DNA from: Armatimonadota bacterium
GTDB lineage: Bacteria; Armatimonadota; UBA5829; DTLH01
DNA length: 64,000 nucleotides
Assembly: GCA_039680575.1 (NCBI GenBank)
Contig: JBDKSP010000095.1
Span: forward strand, 1 to 64,000
Direction: 5' to 3'
Shown: positions 36,911 to 46,157 of the stretch, one piece after another
How positions within the stretch are numbered: position 1 is the stretch's first letter
How the letters are laid out: the number at the start of each line of letters is the position of its first letter
The notes under the pieces: model-generated
Told to the model about the DNA's origin: nothing
The model's database searches: none
Seen by the model: only the letters and a program-made list of their open reading frames with translations
Translations under genes and position numbers: made by a program

Positions 36911-37450
36911 CTAACTGCCAAGCATCATTTTGACGACAAATGCAATTACTATAATCAGGGTTCCTATAATCGTTTTACCTTCTTTGTTCAAGTTGGCTTG
37001 TTTGATCGAGAACCGATGACCTTCCGCCTCAACATTTGCTTTGATGCTGGGAATTATCCGTGGGACTCTTTCGCAATACAGCTTGAAATCATCGCCGAAC
37101 TGCTCAACTAAAAACCGCTCTTCCCATATGACTGCCGCACCGTGGAATGCAAAGAAGAGAGGCATCACAATAGCCCATACCAGCCACCCGGCAGTCATTG
37201 TGCAATAGCCGCATGTTATGAAAAAGCTGCCGATGTAAAGCGGGTTCCTAACATAAGAGAAGGGGCCTGAAACCGTCAGCACTTCTGATTTAATAAGATG
37301 TCCAGCAGACCATATTCTGATTGCCTCGCCAAATACAACCAAAACAAGCCCTGCGAGGAAAGTCGAAAACACGGGCTTTCCGAATAGCAGCATTATTATG
37401 GGCGCAGCTAATAAGAAGAATGTCCTGCGCCTGAAAAGAAAAAAGCTCAG
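36911..37450 (-). CDS. Isoprenylcysteine carboxyl methyltransferase (Ste14/PEMT)-family membrane protein; probable CTG start
   Basis: GEAIRIWS, LTVSGPFSYVRNPLYIGS, WEERFL, YCERVPRIIP; CTG 37450 overlaps the lpxB TGA. Confidence 0.85.
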   Translation of the reverse strand: MSFFLFRRRTFFLLAAPIIMLLFGKPVFSTFLAGLVLVVFGEAIRIWSAGHLIKSEVLTVSGPFSYVRNPLYIGSFFITCGYCTMTAGWLVWAIVMPLFFAFHGAAVIWEERFLVEQFGDDFKLYCERVPRIIPSIKANVEAEGHRFSIKQANLNKEGKTIIGTLIIVIAFVVKMMLGS

Positions 37451-38670
37451 GCTCTTGGCAGCAGACCCGCCGCCGCCAATACCACTTTCGCGGCTCTGCC
37501 TGTCCCTCCAGGTACGCCAAGTACCTCCCGTGCGGACTGGAGTGCCTGCTTCATTCTCTGGAGTTCCACCGGTTCCCTCAGATTCTTGACAGCAAGCTCC
37601 GCTATCTTCTCGGGTGACGCCTGGTTCCCTAGTAATTCCGGACATATTTCCCTCCCAGCAACAATGTTGGGCATCCCAATAAATTGCTCAAGTATACTTT
37701 TCCTAAATAGGTATTCTATTTTCATAAGCGAGGAACCACGATACACAATGATCATCGGTGTTGTCAATATCATTGCTTCAAGCGTCGCGGTCCCCGAACA
37801 ACTGATTAAAAGGTCTGAATTGGCCATCACATCGTATGTCCGGCCTTGCAAAACATAAATATTCTCTGGAAATGAATTCGTGCCGGCTTTAAAATCTTTC
37901 AGTATCTGATTGATTTTCCCAGCGGCTTTATCGGACCCGGCCGCGATTATAAAGCAGCACTTGTAAGGAACTTCATTTTCGATAATCGACGTGGCTTTCA
38001 GCATTGTGGGCAGTATATTGTCGATCTCATGCATTCTGCTGCCTGGTAAGATCCCCACTATCCGCATACCCTTTGGTATATCTAATCCGGGATCAAACGC
38101 GTCGATCAATTGCTTTATATCCATCGACGGCACTACCTGGTCCAAATGAGGATGCCCTAAGAAATGAGCGTCCGCTCCCGCTTTGGCCAGTATTTCAGCA
38201 GACCACGGGAACGGCGTAATAATCTTGTCCGATGCTGCCAGAAGGCTGGAATTCTTGCCAGGTCGCTTCCGCCATGAACCTGGCGGGAAATAGTAGACTG
38301 TTGGTATCCCTTGCTTTCTTGCGAATTTACCCAGCTTGACGTTAAAAGCACCGAAATCTATCGGTACAAATACATCAGGCCGCCGTTTGCAGAACTCTCT
38401 CTTAAGTCCGGCCAGTTCGCCTAGAAGCCTTGGGACCAACTTGAGAGATTCGACTATTCCTATTGCACCGACACTCGAAAAGTCCGAGACAAGTTCGATA
38501 CCGGCGGCGCGCATCCTTGGCCCACCTGCTCCCCATATAGAAATATCCGGGCAAAGCTTCCGAAGTTCAACGGCTAGAGCGCTGCCGCTCGCATCCCCGG
38601 AGGCTTCACCTGCGACTATTGCTATCGATGGCACTGTGATCTTAGCCACGGTGTTCTGATTGCCTGCCAT
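37447..38670 (-). CDS. lpxB: Lipid A disaccharide synthase
   Basis: VAGEASGD, IDFGAFN, FLGHP, LPGSRMHE, SGTATLE, IGMPNI; start may be GTG 38649. Confidence 0.95.
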   Translation of the reverse strand: MAGNQNTVAKITVPSIAIVAGEASGDASGSALAVELRKLCPDISIWGAGGPRMRAAGIELVSDFSSVGAIGIVESLKLVPRLLGELAGLKREFCKRRPDVFVPIDFGAFNVKLGKFARKQGIPTVYYFPPGSWRKRPGKNSSLLAASDKIITPFPWSAEILAKAGADAHFLGHPHLDQVVPSMDIKQLIDAFDPGLDIPKGMRIVGILPGSRMHEIDNILPTMLKATSIIENEVPYKCCFIIAAGSDKAAGKINQILKDFKAGTNSFPENIYVLQGRTYDVMANSDLLISCSGTATLEAMILTTPMIIVYRGSSLMKIEYLFRKSILEQFIGMPNIVAGREICPELLGNQASPEKIAELAVKNLREPVELQRMKQALQSAREVLGVPGGTGRAAKVVLAAAGLLPRA

Positions 38671-39466
38671 TACGGCCGCACTTCATGTTCTTGACGAAGT
38701 CCAGGAGATATTCCAGTTCTTCGCATGGCTCCACTTCGGCCTCGATCCTCTCGATCGCCTGAGTTATGTTAAGAGACGATCTGTAAAGCAGTTTGTAGCT
38801 CTGCCTCAGCGCCGCGCGCGATCTGGGCACTACGCCGCTTCTTCGCAGTCCAATTACATTGAGGTCGTAGACCTTGATCGGCCTGCCATCTGCCAGCATA
38901 AACGGCGGAATATCCTGCACTACCTTTGACATTCCACCGACCATAGCGAGCTTTCCTATGCGTACATTTTGGTGCACACCGGCCATACCGCTCAAGATCA
39001 CTTTATCTTCGACCTGTACATGACCGCTAATGCCTGCCATATTTGCCATTGTGATGTAGTTGGCGAGCCTGCAGTTATGCGCGACATGGCAGTAGGCCAT
39101 CAGCATGTTGTTATTACCGATAACAGTGCTGTTACCCTCTCCACTTGCGCGATGAATTGTACAGAACTCCCTTATGATATTTTCATCGCCGATTTCGAGA
39201 TAACTCTGCTCTCCATGGAACTTATAGTCCTGAGGCGCGCCACCAAGCACAGCGCTTACACCGATATGGCAATTGCGACCAATCGTCGTATTGCACTCTA
39301 TAACGGCATGGTGCTCAATCTTGGTCCCATCACCTATTTTCACATCAGGACCAATGACGCAGTATGATCCAACCGCGACACTATCACCAATCTCTGCAGA
39401 TGGATGGATTATCGCCGTTGAATGTATCCCGGTCGCAACTTCCGGATTCATCATTCCATTCCTCAC
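38642..39466 (-). CDS. lpxA: UDP-N-acetylglucosamine acyltransferase
   Basis: Hexapeptide repeats, PQDYKF, IREFCTIHR, HVAHNC, GVHQ, LNVIGLRR. Confidence 0.96.
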   Translation of the reverse strand: MRNGMMNPEVATGIHSTAIIHPSAEIGDSVAVGSYCVIGPDVKIGDGTKIEHHAVIECNTTIGRNCHIGVSAVLGGAPQDYKFHGEQSYLEIGDENIIREFCTIHRASGEGNSTVIGNNNMLMAYCHVAHNCRLANYITMANMAGISGHVQVEDKVILSGMAGVHQNVRIGKLAMVGGMSKVVQDIPPFMLADGRPIKVYDLNVIGLRRSGVVPRSRAALRQSYKLLYRSSLNITQAIERIEAEVEPCEELEYLLDFVKNMKCGRNGRQSEHRG

Positions 39467-39939
39467 TCATGCACACTGCCGACTTCTACGTCGACCTTAT
39501 GTTTATTCTGTTTTCTTTCAACAAGAGCGAAGATAAACTCACCTTCAGCTACGACCTCATTGTCGACGCTGGAAACCGCTTTGACTCTTCCGATGGTCCC
39601 GCGAGTCTTGAGTAGTTCTACTTCGGTGATAAGAGTATCTCCAGGCAGAACCGGCTTTCGGAATCGCATATTATCCACACCACCTAAGTATGCGAGCTTG
39701 CCGGTATTTCCAGTAAGTGATAAAAGGAGGACTCCACCGACCTGCGCCATAGCCTCTATCACCAATACACCAGGCATAACAGCATGTCCAGGGAAATGTC
39801 CCTGGAAGAACTCCTCATTAATGGTCACATTCTTTAAACCAACAATCTTCTTGGTGCCTTCGACCTTTAGAATCTTGTCAACTAAAAGAAACGGGTATCT
39901 GTGTGGCAGTATCCCTCTTATTTCCTCGATCTCAATCAA
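39463..39939 (-). CDS. fabZ: 3-hydroxyacyl-ACP dehydratase
   Basis: LPHRYPFLLVD, FFQGHFPGHAVMPGVLVIEAMAQ, FRKPVLPGD. Confidence 0.97.
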   Translation of the reverse strand: MIEIEEIRGILPHRYPFLLVDKILKVEGTKKIVGLKNVTINEEFFQGHFPGHAVMPGVLVIEAMAQVGGVLLLSLTGNTGKLAYLGGVDNMRFRKPVLPGDTLITEVELLKTRGTIGRVKAVSSVDNEVVAEGEFIFALVERKQNKHKVDVEVGSVHE

Positions 39940-39960
39940 CGCTCTCGCCCCCTGTTTTTT

Positions 39961-40076
39961 AGCTGACGGCTATCAGCCGTCAGCCGTCAGCCGTCAGAAA
40001 CTGATAACTATTTTATGCTTCGGGACCGCAGTTCGTCCCGAAGCAGGATTCTCCATCTATCTCTTCTGTTCCCTGT
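39961..40076. repeat. Intergenic repeat cassette: TCAGCCG heptamers, REP-like palindrome (copy 2, 40014-40050), CTGTTCC heptamer
   Basis: AGCTGACGGCTATCAGCCGTCAGCCGTCAGCCGTCAG; TGCTTCGGGACCGCAGTTCGTCCCGAAGCA; TCTCTTCTGTTCCCTGT. Confidence 0.75.
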
Positions 40077-40082
40077 CTATCT

Positions 40083-40946
40083 CTACGCCGCCTGTTTGCT
40101 CTCTCCGCCGGCAAAGTGCCTCATCAGTTCTTGAGCAAACACGACGTTTAAAGCATGCCCAGACTTCACTGCTAAAATCTCCGCATTCATTCGTCCGCCG
40201 ACCAGTGCCAGATCACCGATTATGTCCAGTACCTTGTGTCTGGATAACTCATCCTTGAACCGTAAATCCGATGAATATTTGTCCTGCCATATCACAATCG
40301 CATTATCTATGCTCCCGCCGCGAGCAAGATGCTGTGATAAGAGAGCTGCTATCTCTTCATACATCACAAATGTCCGCGCCGGAGCTATTTCTTTTGTAAA
40401 ACCATCCTCGCTTAGCTCAAAGGTGGTGGTCTGCAGCCCAATCATAGGATGCTCATACTTGAGAACATATGTAATCTTCATACGATCCGACGGTACCGCC
40501 AGAATAAAGCTGTCATTCCGCCTAGCATAGATGGGCTCTGTCAACTTGAAGATATTTCGCGGCTTCGCAAGAGTGATGATACCAGCGGTGAGGATTGCCT
40601 CGACATACGGCATTGAACTGCCATCCAGAGCAGGCATTTCGGGACCAAGGACTTCGACATAGCAGTTGTCGACACCAAGACCACTAAGCGCGGCCATAAG
40701 GTGTTCTACTGTTCTATATTTCGTTCCATTATATCCGAGCGTTGTGCCTCTTGCTGTCTCGACAACGTTCGTTGCGAGTCCGGCAACCTGCTCTCCATTT
40801 CCGATAAAGACAATACCGTTGTCCTCATCGGCCGGATGCAGAATTACCTCGCACCTGTCTCCGCTGTGCAGACCGGTGCCGCGTATATTCACTTGTACAC
40901 CAATTGTCCGCTGTAGATTACTTTGATTGCGACTCAATCTCTTCAC
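40083..40946 (-). CDS. lpxC: UDP-3-O-acyl-GlcNAc deacetylase
   Basis: [52 protein letters not shown]. Confidence 0.97.
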   Translation of the reverse strand: MKRLSRNQSNLQRTIGVQVNIRGTGLHSGDRCEVILHPADEDNGIVFIGNGEQVAGLATNVVETARGTTLGYNGTKYRTVEHLMAALSGLGVDNCYVEVLGPEMPALDGSSMPYVEAILTAGIITLAKPRNIFKLTEPIYARRNDSFILAVPSDRMKITYVLKYEHPMIGLQTTTFELSEDGFTKEIAPARTFVMYEEIAALLSQHLARGGSIDNAIVIWQDKYSSDLRFKDELSRHKVLDIIGDLALVGGRMNAEILAVKSGHALNVVFAQELMRHFAGGESKQAA

Positions 40947-41988
40947 CGCCCAACTGAGCTAACCGTCGAGTCAACTGCTCGACTTCCTTTTTAAGCATTT
41001 CGACCGTCTTCTGCAATTCCGGCAGCCTTAGCTGTACTGCCTGCGCTCTTAAAGCTTCTTTATGAGGCCTTGCCGGATATCCCGAATACATACCGCCGCC
41101 AGACGGCAAGTCACCAAAAATAGCGGATTGTGCAGCGACTACAACACCATCACCTATCTTAATGTGGTTCTTTACACCAGCCTGTCCAGCAATTGTGACT
41201 CCACTGCCTATCTCAGCACTCCCGGCTATTCCGACCTGGGCGACAATGACAGAGGACTCGCCGATTTTGACATTATGCGCAATCTGCACAAGGTTGTCTA
41301 TCTTGGAGCCTCTTCCTATTCTTGTCGATCCGGTCTTTGCGCGGTCTACAGTGGTACATGACCCGATCTCTACATCATCCTCGATGACTACATTACCGAT
41401 CTGCGGAACCTTGCTCAATCTACCATCCACCGGGATATAACCGAAGCCATCACTTCCTATCACGGTGCCTGAATGCACGGTAACATTCGATCCCAGCTCA
41501 CAACCGAAATATATAGTAACATTCGGATGTATTACACAGCCGGCTCCGATACGAACGCCATCTCCCAGAAAAACAAGCGGATGGATTATGGTGCCGTCTC
41601 CTATCGACACATCGTCGCCGATATAAGACCCGTATCCGACAGAAGCGCCTTTGCCTATAGCTATCCGCTCCCCTACCCTGCAGTTTGGGTCTATTCCGGC
41701 TCTAGGCGCGGACACTACAGGAGCGAAGACTTTTAGAATCTCGACGAACGCTTTCCGAGGATTATCGACATGGATGACAGATTTCCCCTCACATGCTCCG
41801 CTCTCAGCCAGAATAGCCGAGGCTTTGCACCGGGCTGCGGCATCAAAGTATCTTTGGTCCTCCGCGAGAACGATATCACCCTGTTCTGCATCTGATATGC
41901 TCGCAGCACCGGTAATCGGTATATCATCAGGACCATCGACCGATCCGCCAACTATCTCTGCAAGCTCACGAACTCTAATGCCTGTCAT
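40918..41988 (-). CDS. lpxD: UDP-3-O-(3-hydroxyacyl)glucosamine N-acyltransferase
   Basis: [38 protein letters not shown]. Confidence 0.97.
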   Translation of the reverse strand: MTGIRVRELAEIVGGSVDGPDDIPITGAASISDAEQGDIVLAEDQRYFDAAARCKASAILAESGACEGKSVIHVDNPRKAFVEILKVFAPVVSAPRAGIDPNCRVGERIAIGKGASVGYGSYIGDDVSIGDGTIIHPLVFLGDGVRIGAGCVIHPNVTIYFGCELGSNVTVHSGTVIGSDGFGYIPVDGRLSKVPQIGNVVIEDDVEIGSCTTVDRAKTGSTRIGRGSKIDNLVQIAHNVKIGESSVIVAQVGIAGSAEIGSGVTIAGQAGVKNHIKIGDGVVVAAQSAIFGDLPSGGGMYSGYPARPHKEALRAQAVQLRLPELQKTVEMLKKEVEQLTRRLAQLGGEEIESQSK

Positions 41989-43108
41989 ACTTTTTCACCC
42001 GGCTCGAAAGATACGGAAGTCTCTCTCGAAACCAGTCTGTCCTATCCTCTACCTCTCCAGTGTTTTTGAACACTACATTCAGACCGTTCTGCCGTGCGAT
42101 TCTCCGCACAGCGGCTTCCAGCTCAGAACGGATCCTGATATGAAGCGATTTCTCCAAATCCAGCGAATCATTGCAGCCCGCATTTACAGAAGACTTCAAC
42201 ACGATTCCTGAAGAAACATATCTCCAGCCTGTATTATCACTATCAAATGCAGTGGTGCGCGAACTTGCCAAATGCTTCCCGCTTTCTCCAAAGCTGTTAT
42301 TCACCAGGTCATATCTGAGCCGTTCGCTCTTTTTTCTAATTAAATCGTTTATCCTTCGTGTTTCCTCATTGCGGATAGATGCCAGTTCTCTTTCAATTGA
42401 TTTCCGGCGTTTTTCCCCTGCTTGCAATGATTTCTCGGCCATCTTGGTAACAAGATCTTTTTCACTCTGAGTCAGCTTTGATTTTATATCGTTAAGCTCA
42501 TTCTCTCTTGAAGCAATAGCCTGTTTTACTTCATCAAGAGAAAGACCGTCTACTACAAGCTGTGCTTTCAATGCGTACAGTTTTATCGCCGCATCCACTC
42601 GCTCGTATTGACGCTCCTCATTCAAGGCACGCAGGTCTACCGCAAGCTCCTTCTCGGATTCCCGCCTTGCTTCAGCCTCTGCTGCGCCTGCTTGAGCCTC
42701 AAGATCCTGCCGCCGCTCATTCAAACGCTTTTCAAGAGCGTCCTCCAGATGTGAACTTATCTGTTTCATCTCCTGCTGAGCTTTTTTTTCAATCTTCGTC
42801 TGAAGTGATGTCCTAGATTCCGATACAACAGCCGGATCCCGTAACTCACTATCTATGCTTCGTGATACGGATGAGTTTTTCTGGAACCGGACATTCCTTT
42901 GAGTAAGCGACATCATCTCCCGGACCTGAACCAGTTGATTCCAGGCGGGATGGCATGGTTCCAACTCATCCATATTACAGAAAACCTGCTTTTTGGCGGC
43001 TTCAGGCGCTCTCTGACTCTCAAAATAAACGCCTGAACCTACAATAGCCAGAGCGATAATACAAATGACACCCAGTGATCCATACAAAACCCGTAGATTC
43101 ACGGGCAA
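41975..43108 (-). CDS. Membrane-anchored long coiled-coil protein with Skp/OmpH-like ends
   Basis: N-terminal [16 protein letters not shown], long charged helix, [16 protein letters not shown]. Confidence 0.7.
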   Translation of the reverse strand: MPVNLRVLYGSLGVICIIALAIVGSGVYFESQRAPEAAKKQVFCNMDELEPCHPAWNQLVQVREMMSLTQRNVRFQKNSSVSRSIDSELRDPAVVSESRTSLQTKIEKKAQQEMKQISSHLEDALEKRLNERRQDLEAQAGAAEAEARRESEKELAVDLRALNEERQYERVDAAIKLYALKAQLVVDGLSLDEVKQAIASRENELNDIKSKLTQSEKDLVTKMAEKSLQAGEKRRKSIERELASIRNEETRRINDLIRKKSERLRYDLVNNSFGESGKHLASSRTTAFDSDNTGWRYVSSGIVLKSSVNAGCNDSLDLEKSLHIRIRSELEAAVRRIARQNGLNVVFKNTGEVEDRTDWFRERLPYLSSRVKKYDRH

Positions 43109-43216
43109 ACCTGCTCAATCTAATAAGTCTCAGGAGTCACCTGAAACTATCCCGGAAGATTTTCGGCAATAGCCCAGCATGCGACTATTTTTATAGAACA
43201 GCCAAAAATCTCTAAA

Positions 43217-43858
43217 CTAGTTCTTTTTGCCGTTCAGTTTATCAAGTACCTGCTGTGTCAGATCGACACCGCCATAGAAAACGGCAATTTTATCGACAAC
43301 GAAGCTCACTTTTTTCTGCTTCGCTACTTCTTCAACTGCCTTCATAAAGTCGTTGCGGATCTCCGTCAGCGTGCTTTCTTTCTTGGTGTTGAACTCTGTA
43401 TCCGCGGACTGACTCATCTGCTTAAGATTTTCATCCGATTTTGAAGCTCGATCCATCAGCTCTTTCTGCCGTGCCTTTTCCTGGTCTGTAGGCTCTTGCT
43501 TAGACTGGAGCCCCTTAAGCTCGGAATCGAGTGCCTTTTCCTTGTCCTGGAGTTCTTTTATCCGCGCTTTTTCGCTTTCGTTCGGATTAGGTTTGATTAC
43601 GAGAGATATAAGCTCTTTAGAATCGTTCTCATCAAGCAGCTTGTTCGCATCGAGGGTCCTTAGCTGCAGCTCAAGCTGCCGTCCGAAGGCATCGAGATCA
43701 GCCTTTGCTTTTTCCGTCTTGGTATACTTCTCGAATACCGTCGTAACATCCACATATCCGAAAGATACGGAAGCGTCCGCCGCTCTTGCAGGCGTAAAAG
43801 ACAAAACAAACACTGCCAATACAGCGATAACTACTAGTTCGAATGATCGTTTCACCAT
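43217..43858 (-). CDS. skp: Skp/OmpH periplasmic chaperone
   Basis: Signal peptide, FGYVDVTTVFEKY, AVEEVAKQKKVSFVVDK, GGVDLTQQVL; follows bamA. Confidence 0.9.
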   Translation of the reverse strand: MVKRSFELVVIAVLAVFVLSFTPARAADASVSFGYVDVTTVFEKYTKTEKAKADLDAFGRQLELQLRTLDANKLLDENDSKELISLVIKPNPNESEKARIKELQDKEKALDSELKGLQSKQEPTDQEKARQKELMDRASKSDENLKQMSQSADTEFNTKKESTLTEIRNDFMKAVEEVAKQKKVSFVVDKIAVFYGGVDLTQQVLDKLNGKKN

Positions 43859-44075
43859 TTCTGGTTGATTCCCCTTTTAAATAATCAATAACGGAGGACG
43901 ACCGATGCCATTAGCGCTCGATTACCGCCTCCGCCGCTTGCATTATATCAAAAACGGCTGGGCTTGGACAAGTGCCGGCCCGACTAGCCGCCGTCTCCGA
44001 CTATAGATAGACGGGTCATCAAGACATTCATTGCCGGGTAAGATCAGGTTTGAGAATTTGGAATGTAGAATTTTA

Positions 44076-44105
44076 AAAACCCTGGATTTTATTGTCCAGG
44101 GTTTT
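44076..44105. terminator. Terminator after bamA
   Basis: AAAACCCTGGA...TCCAGGGTTTT. Confidence 0.8.
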
Positions 44106-44138
44106 CTGTATGTCACAAGAGACCACTAACGCATAGAA

Positions 44139-46016
44139 TCAGAACGCTTGGCCTATGCTGAAATGGGTTCTAGCTCCATCGCTTCCTATTCCGTAATCCA
44201 GGCGGAGGTTACCGATAGGAGTATTTACGCGAAGACCTATCCCAGTCCCGATTTTCGGACTGAATCCTGAGTGCTGGTCGAGATCATCGGATATGCTGTA
44301 TGTCCTTGGCGCGCCCCAGGCGTCGCCATAGTCTACGAATAAAACACCTGTCAGCCCCTGTGAAACTGGGCGGCGGTATTCCAGGCTCAAAATAGCCATC
44401 TTATCGCCCCAGAACCTGTCTTCCCTGTAACCTCTCAGGCTTTCAGCTCCTCCGACAAAGAATTGCTCAAAGAACGGAAGATCACCGTTAGATACACCGG
44501 CAAGCAGTCTCGCCGCGATGGTAGTCCGTTTGTCCGTCGGGGCTTCTTTTCGACCGCCCTTGCTCCAGTAATGCCTGATATCGATCTGCAGTTTCTGGAA
44601 CATACCTTCGATCTCCGCATCATTCACAATCAGCCCGTTTTCATTTTCAGGTGGGACATTCAGGTCCTTAGCAGTATACTTTTCAACTACATCCGAATTG
44701 CCGGCTTCAAGCGACACGGACTTGTACCATCCGACTGCCGGATCATTGTCGAAATCTCTTGTGTTATTAACGACCCTGGCCGTCGCGCTGTGTACCGGCC
44801 CACTCTGTGCGACAAACTTGTTTATATCACTCGACGATAAACTGCTTATATCAAGAGTTGTAGTGTCTACTGTTTCCGTCCTCAATGTAATGTATCCTCT
44901 CGTGAAATCGTTGAAAGGACGGCTTACACCCAGAGTGGCTCCTTTTCGCCTTTCGTTATATGACTCATCAGTGTCATTATCGAAAAGCGCTGATGAGAAC
45001 CTGTAAACCAGTTTATTGAAAGCATTTACGGAAAGAGATGTGTGGTGTTTGTCGATCCACGGCTCATGAAACCCGATCTCATAGCTGCTAGATCCGTCGA
45101 GCCCATTATCTGTACCTGTCTCCCAAAGGAGTGTCAGACCCTGTCCGCGTCCACGGAAGTTTGTTTCCGTCATCTCAGCGCGCCCAACAAGCCTGCTCCG
45201 CGAACTGTAACCTACACCAACCGCTACGTTCCCGGTCTTTTTCTCGGTCACCGGTATTGCGATGCCGATTTTACCTATCGAAGATCCTGGTTCAATTTTG
45301 GGAGCCTGGATATCTTCCAGAATGTCCAGATTGTAGATTCGAGATATATCTGATCGAAGTTTCTTCATATTGAAGTAATCACCCGGTTTCTGGTTCATCT
45401 CGCGGGTGAACACTTCTTCGCGTGTTTTCTTGTTTCCGACTATATCGATCTTCTCGATAGTACTTACAAGTATTGCAATCGTCAGCGTTCCGGTCTTTGG
45501 ATCTATCCCACTATCTTCTGTAACATGAGCGACATATCCAAGGTCGCGATAGTAGTTCTGGATAGCGGATATATCAATATCGACCGTATTCGTGTTCAGC
45601 ACCTGGTTTGGCTTCGTCCTCATAAGGTCCAGTATTGTATCTTTACCGACAGGCTCCGAACCGACGATATTTATCTCCTTGACCAATGGATTTTCCACAA
45701 CATCAAAGATTACTCTCACTCCTTCAGGAGTGTCCTCTGTCCTGACCGGGACTGCACTGAAATAACCAAGCGCGGTTATGGCTTCACGGTCTTTCTCCAC
45801 AGCCTCCTTCGTATAGAGCTCTCCCGGTGCCAGTTTGATAACATTTTCAACCGTTTCCCTGTTGATATTCCGGTTGCCGGTGATGACTACCTGAGTCACC
45901 TTTACACCTTCCTGCGCCAAGGCGGGAAGACTCAGAGACGGGATCAGTGTCATGGTCACTGCCAAAACCAGAACCAGGGACAGTCTCCGTCCGAACCGAG
46001 ATTTATTGCATAACAT
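44139..46016 (-). CDS. bamA: Omp85/BamA outer-membrane protein with about three POTRA domains
   Basis: Signal peptide, three V/I-x-I-x-G(N/S) POTRA starts, NFRGRGQ, GGAESLRGY, TPIGNLRLDYG, C-terminal HFSIGQAF. Confidence 0.93.
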   Translation of the reverse strand: MLCNKSRFGRRLSLVLVLAVTMTLIPSLSLPALAQEGVKVTQVVITGNRNINRETVENVIKLAPGELYTKEAVEKDREAITALGYFSAVPVRTEDTPEGVRVIFDVVENPLVKEINIVGSEPVGKDTILDLMRTKPNQVLNTNTVDIDISAIQNYYRDLGYVAHVTEDSGIDPKTGTLTIAILVSTIEKIDIVGNKKTREEVFTREMNQKPGDYFNMKKLRSDISRIYNLDILEDIQAPKIEPGSSIGKIGIAIPVTEKKTGNVAVGVGYSSRSRLVGRAEMTETNFRGRGQGLTLLWETGTDNGLDGSSSYEIGFHEPWIDKHHTSLSVNAFNKLVYRFSSALFDNDTDESYNERRKGATLGVSRPFNDFTRGYITLRTETVDTTTLDISSLSSSDINKFVAQSGPVHSATARVVNNTRDFDNDPAVGWYKSVSLEAGNSDVVEKYTAKDLNVPPENENGLIVNDAEIEGMFQKLQIDIRHYWSKGGRKEAPTDKRTTIAARLLAGVSNGDLPFFEQFFVGGAESLRGYREDRFWGDKMAILSLEYRRPVSQGLTGVLFVDYGDAWGAPRTYSISDDLDQHSGFSPKIGTGIGLRVNTPIGNLRLDYGIGSDGARTHFSIGQAF

Positions 46017-46157
46017 TGGTCAACGCACCTCCAGTGTATTGTCCATCATATCCTGAACTATAACAAAACGAAACCTATTTTTGCAGACGTTCTTGCAGTG
46101 TAGATATAGCCAATTGTTCAGTCATAAGTTCATAATCCAGTCTGCGCTCTTTGGCTT

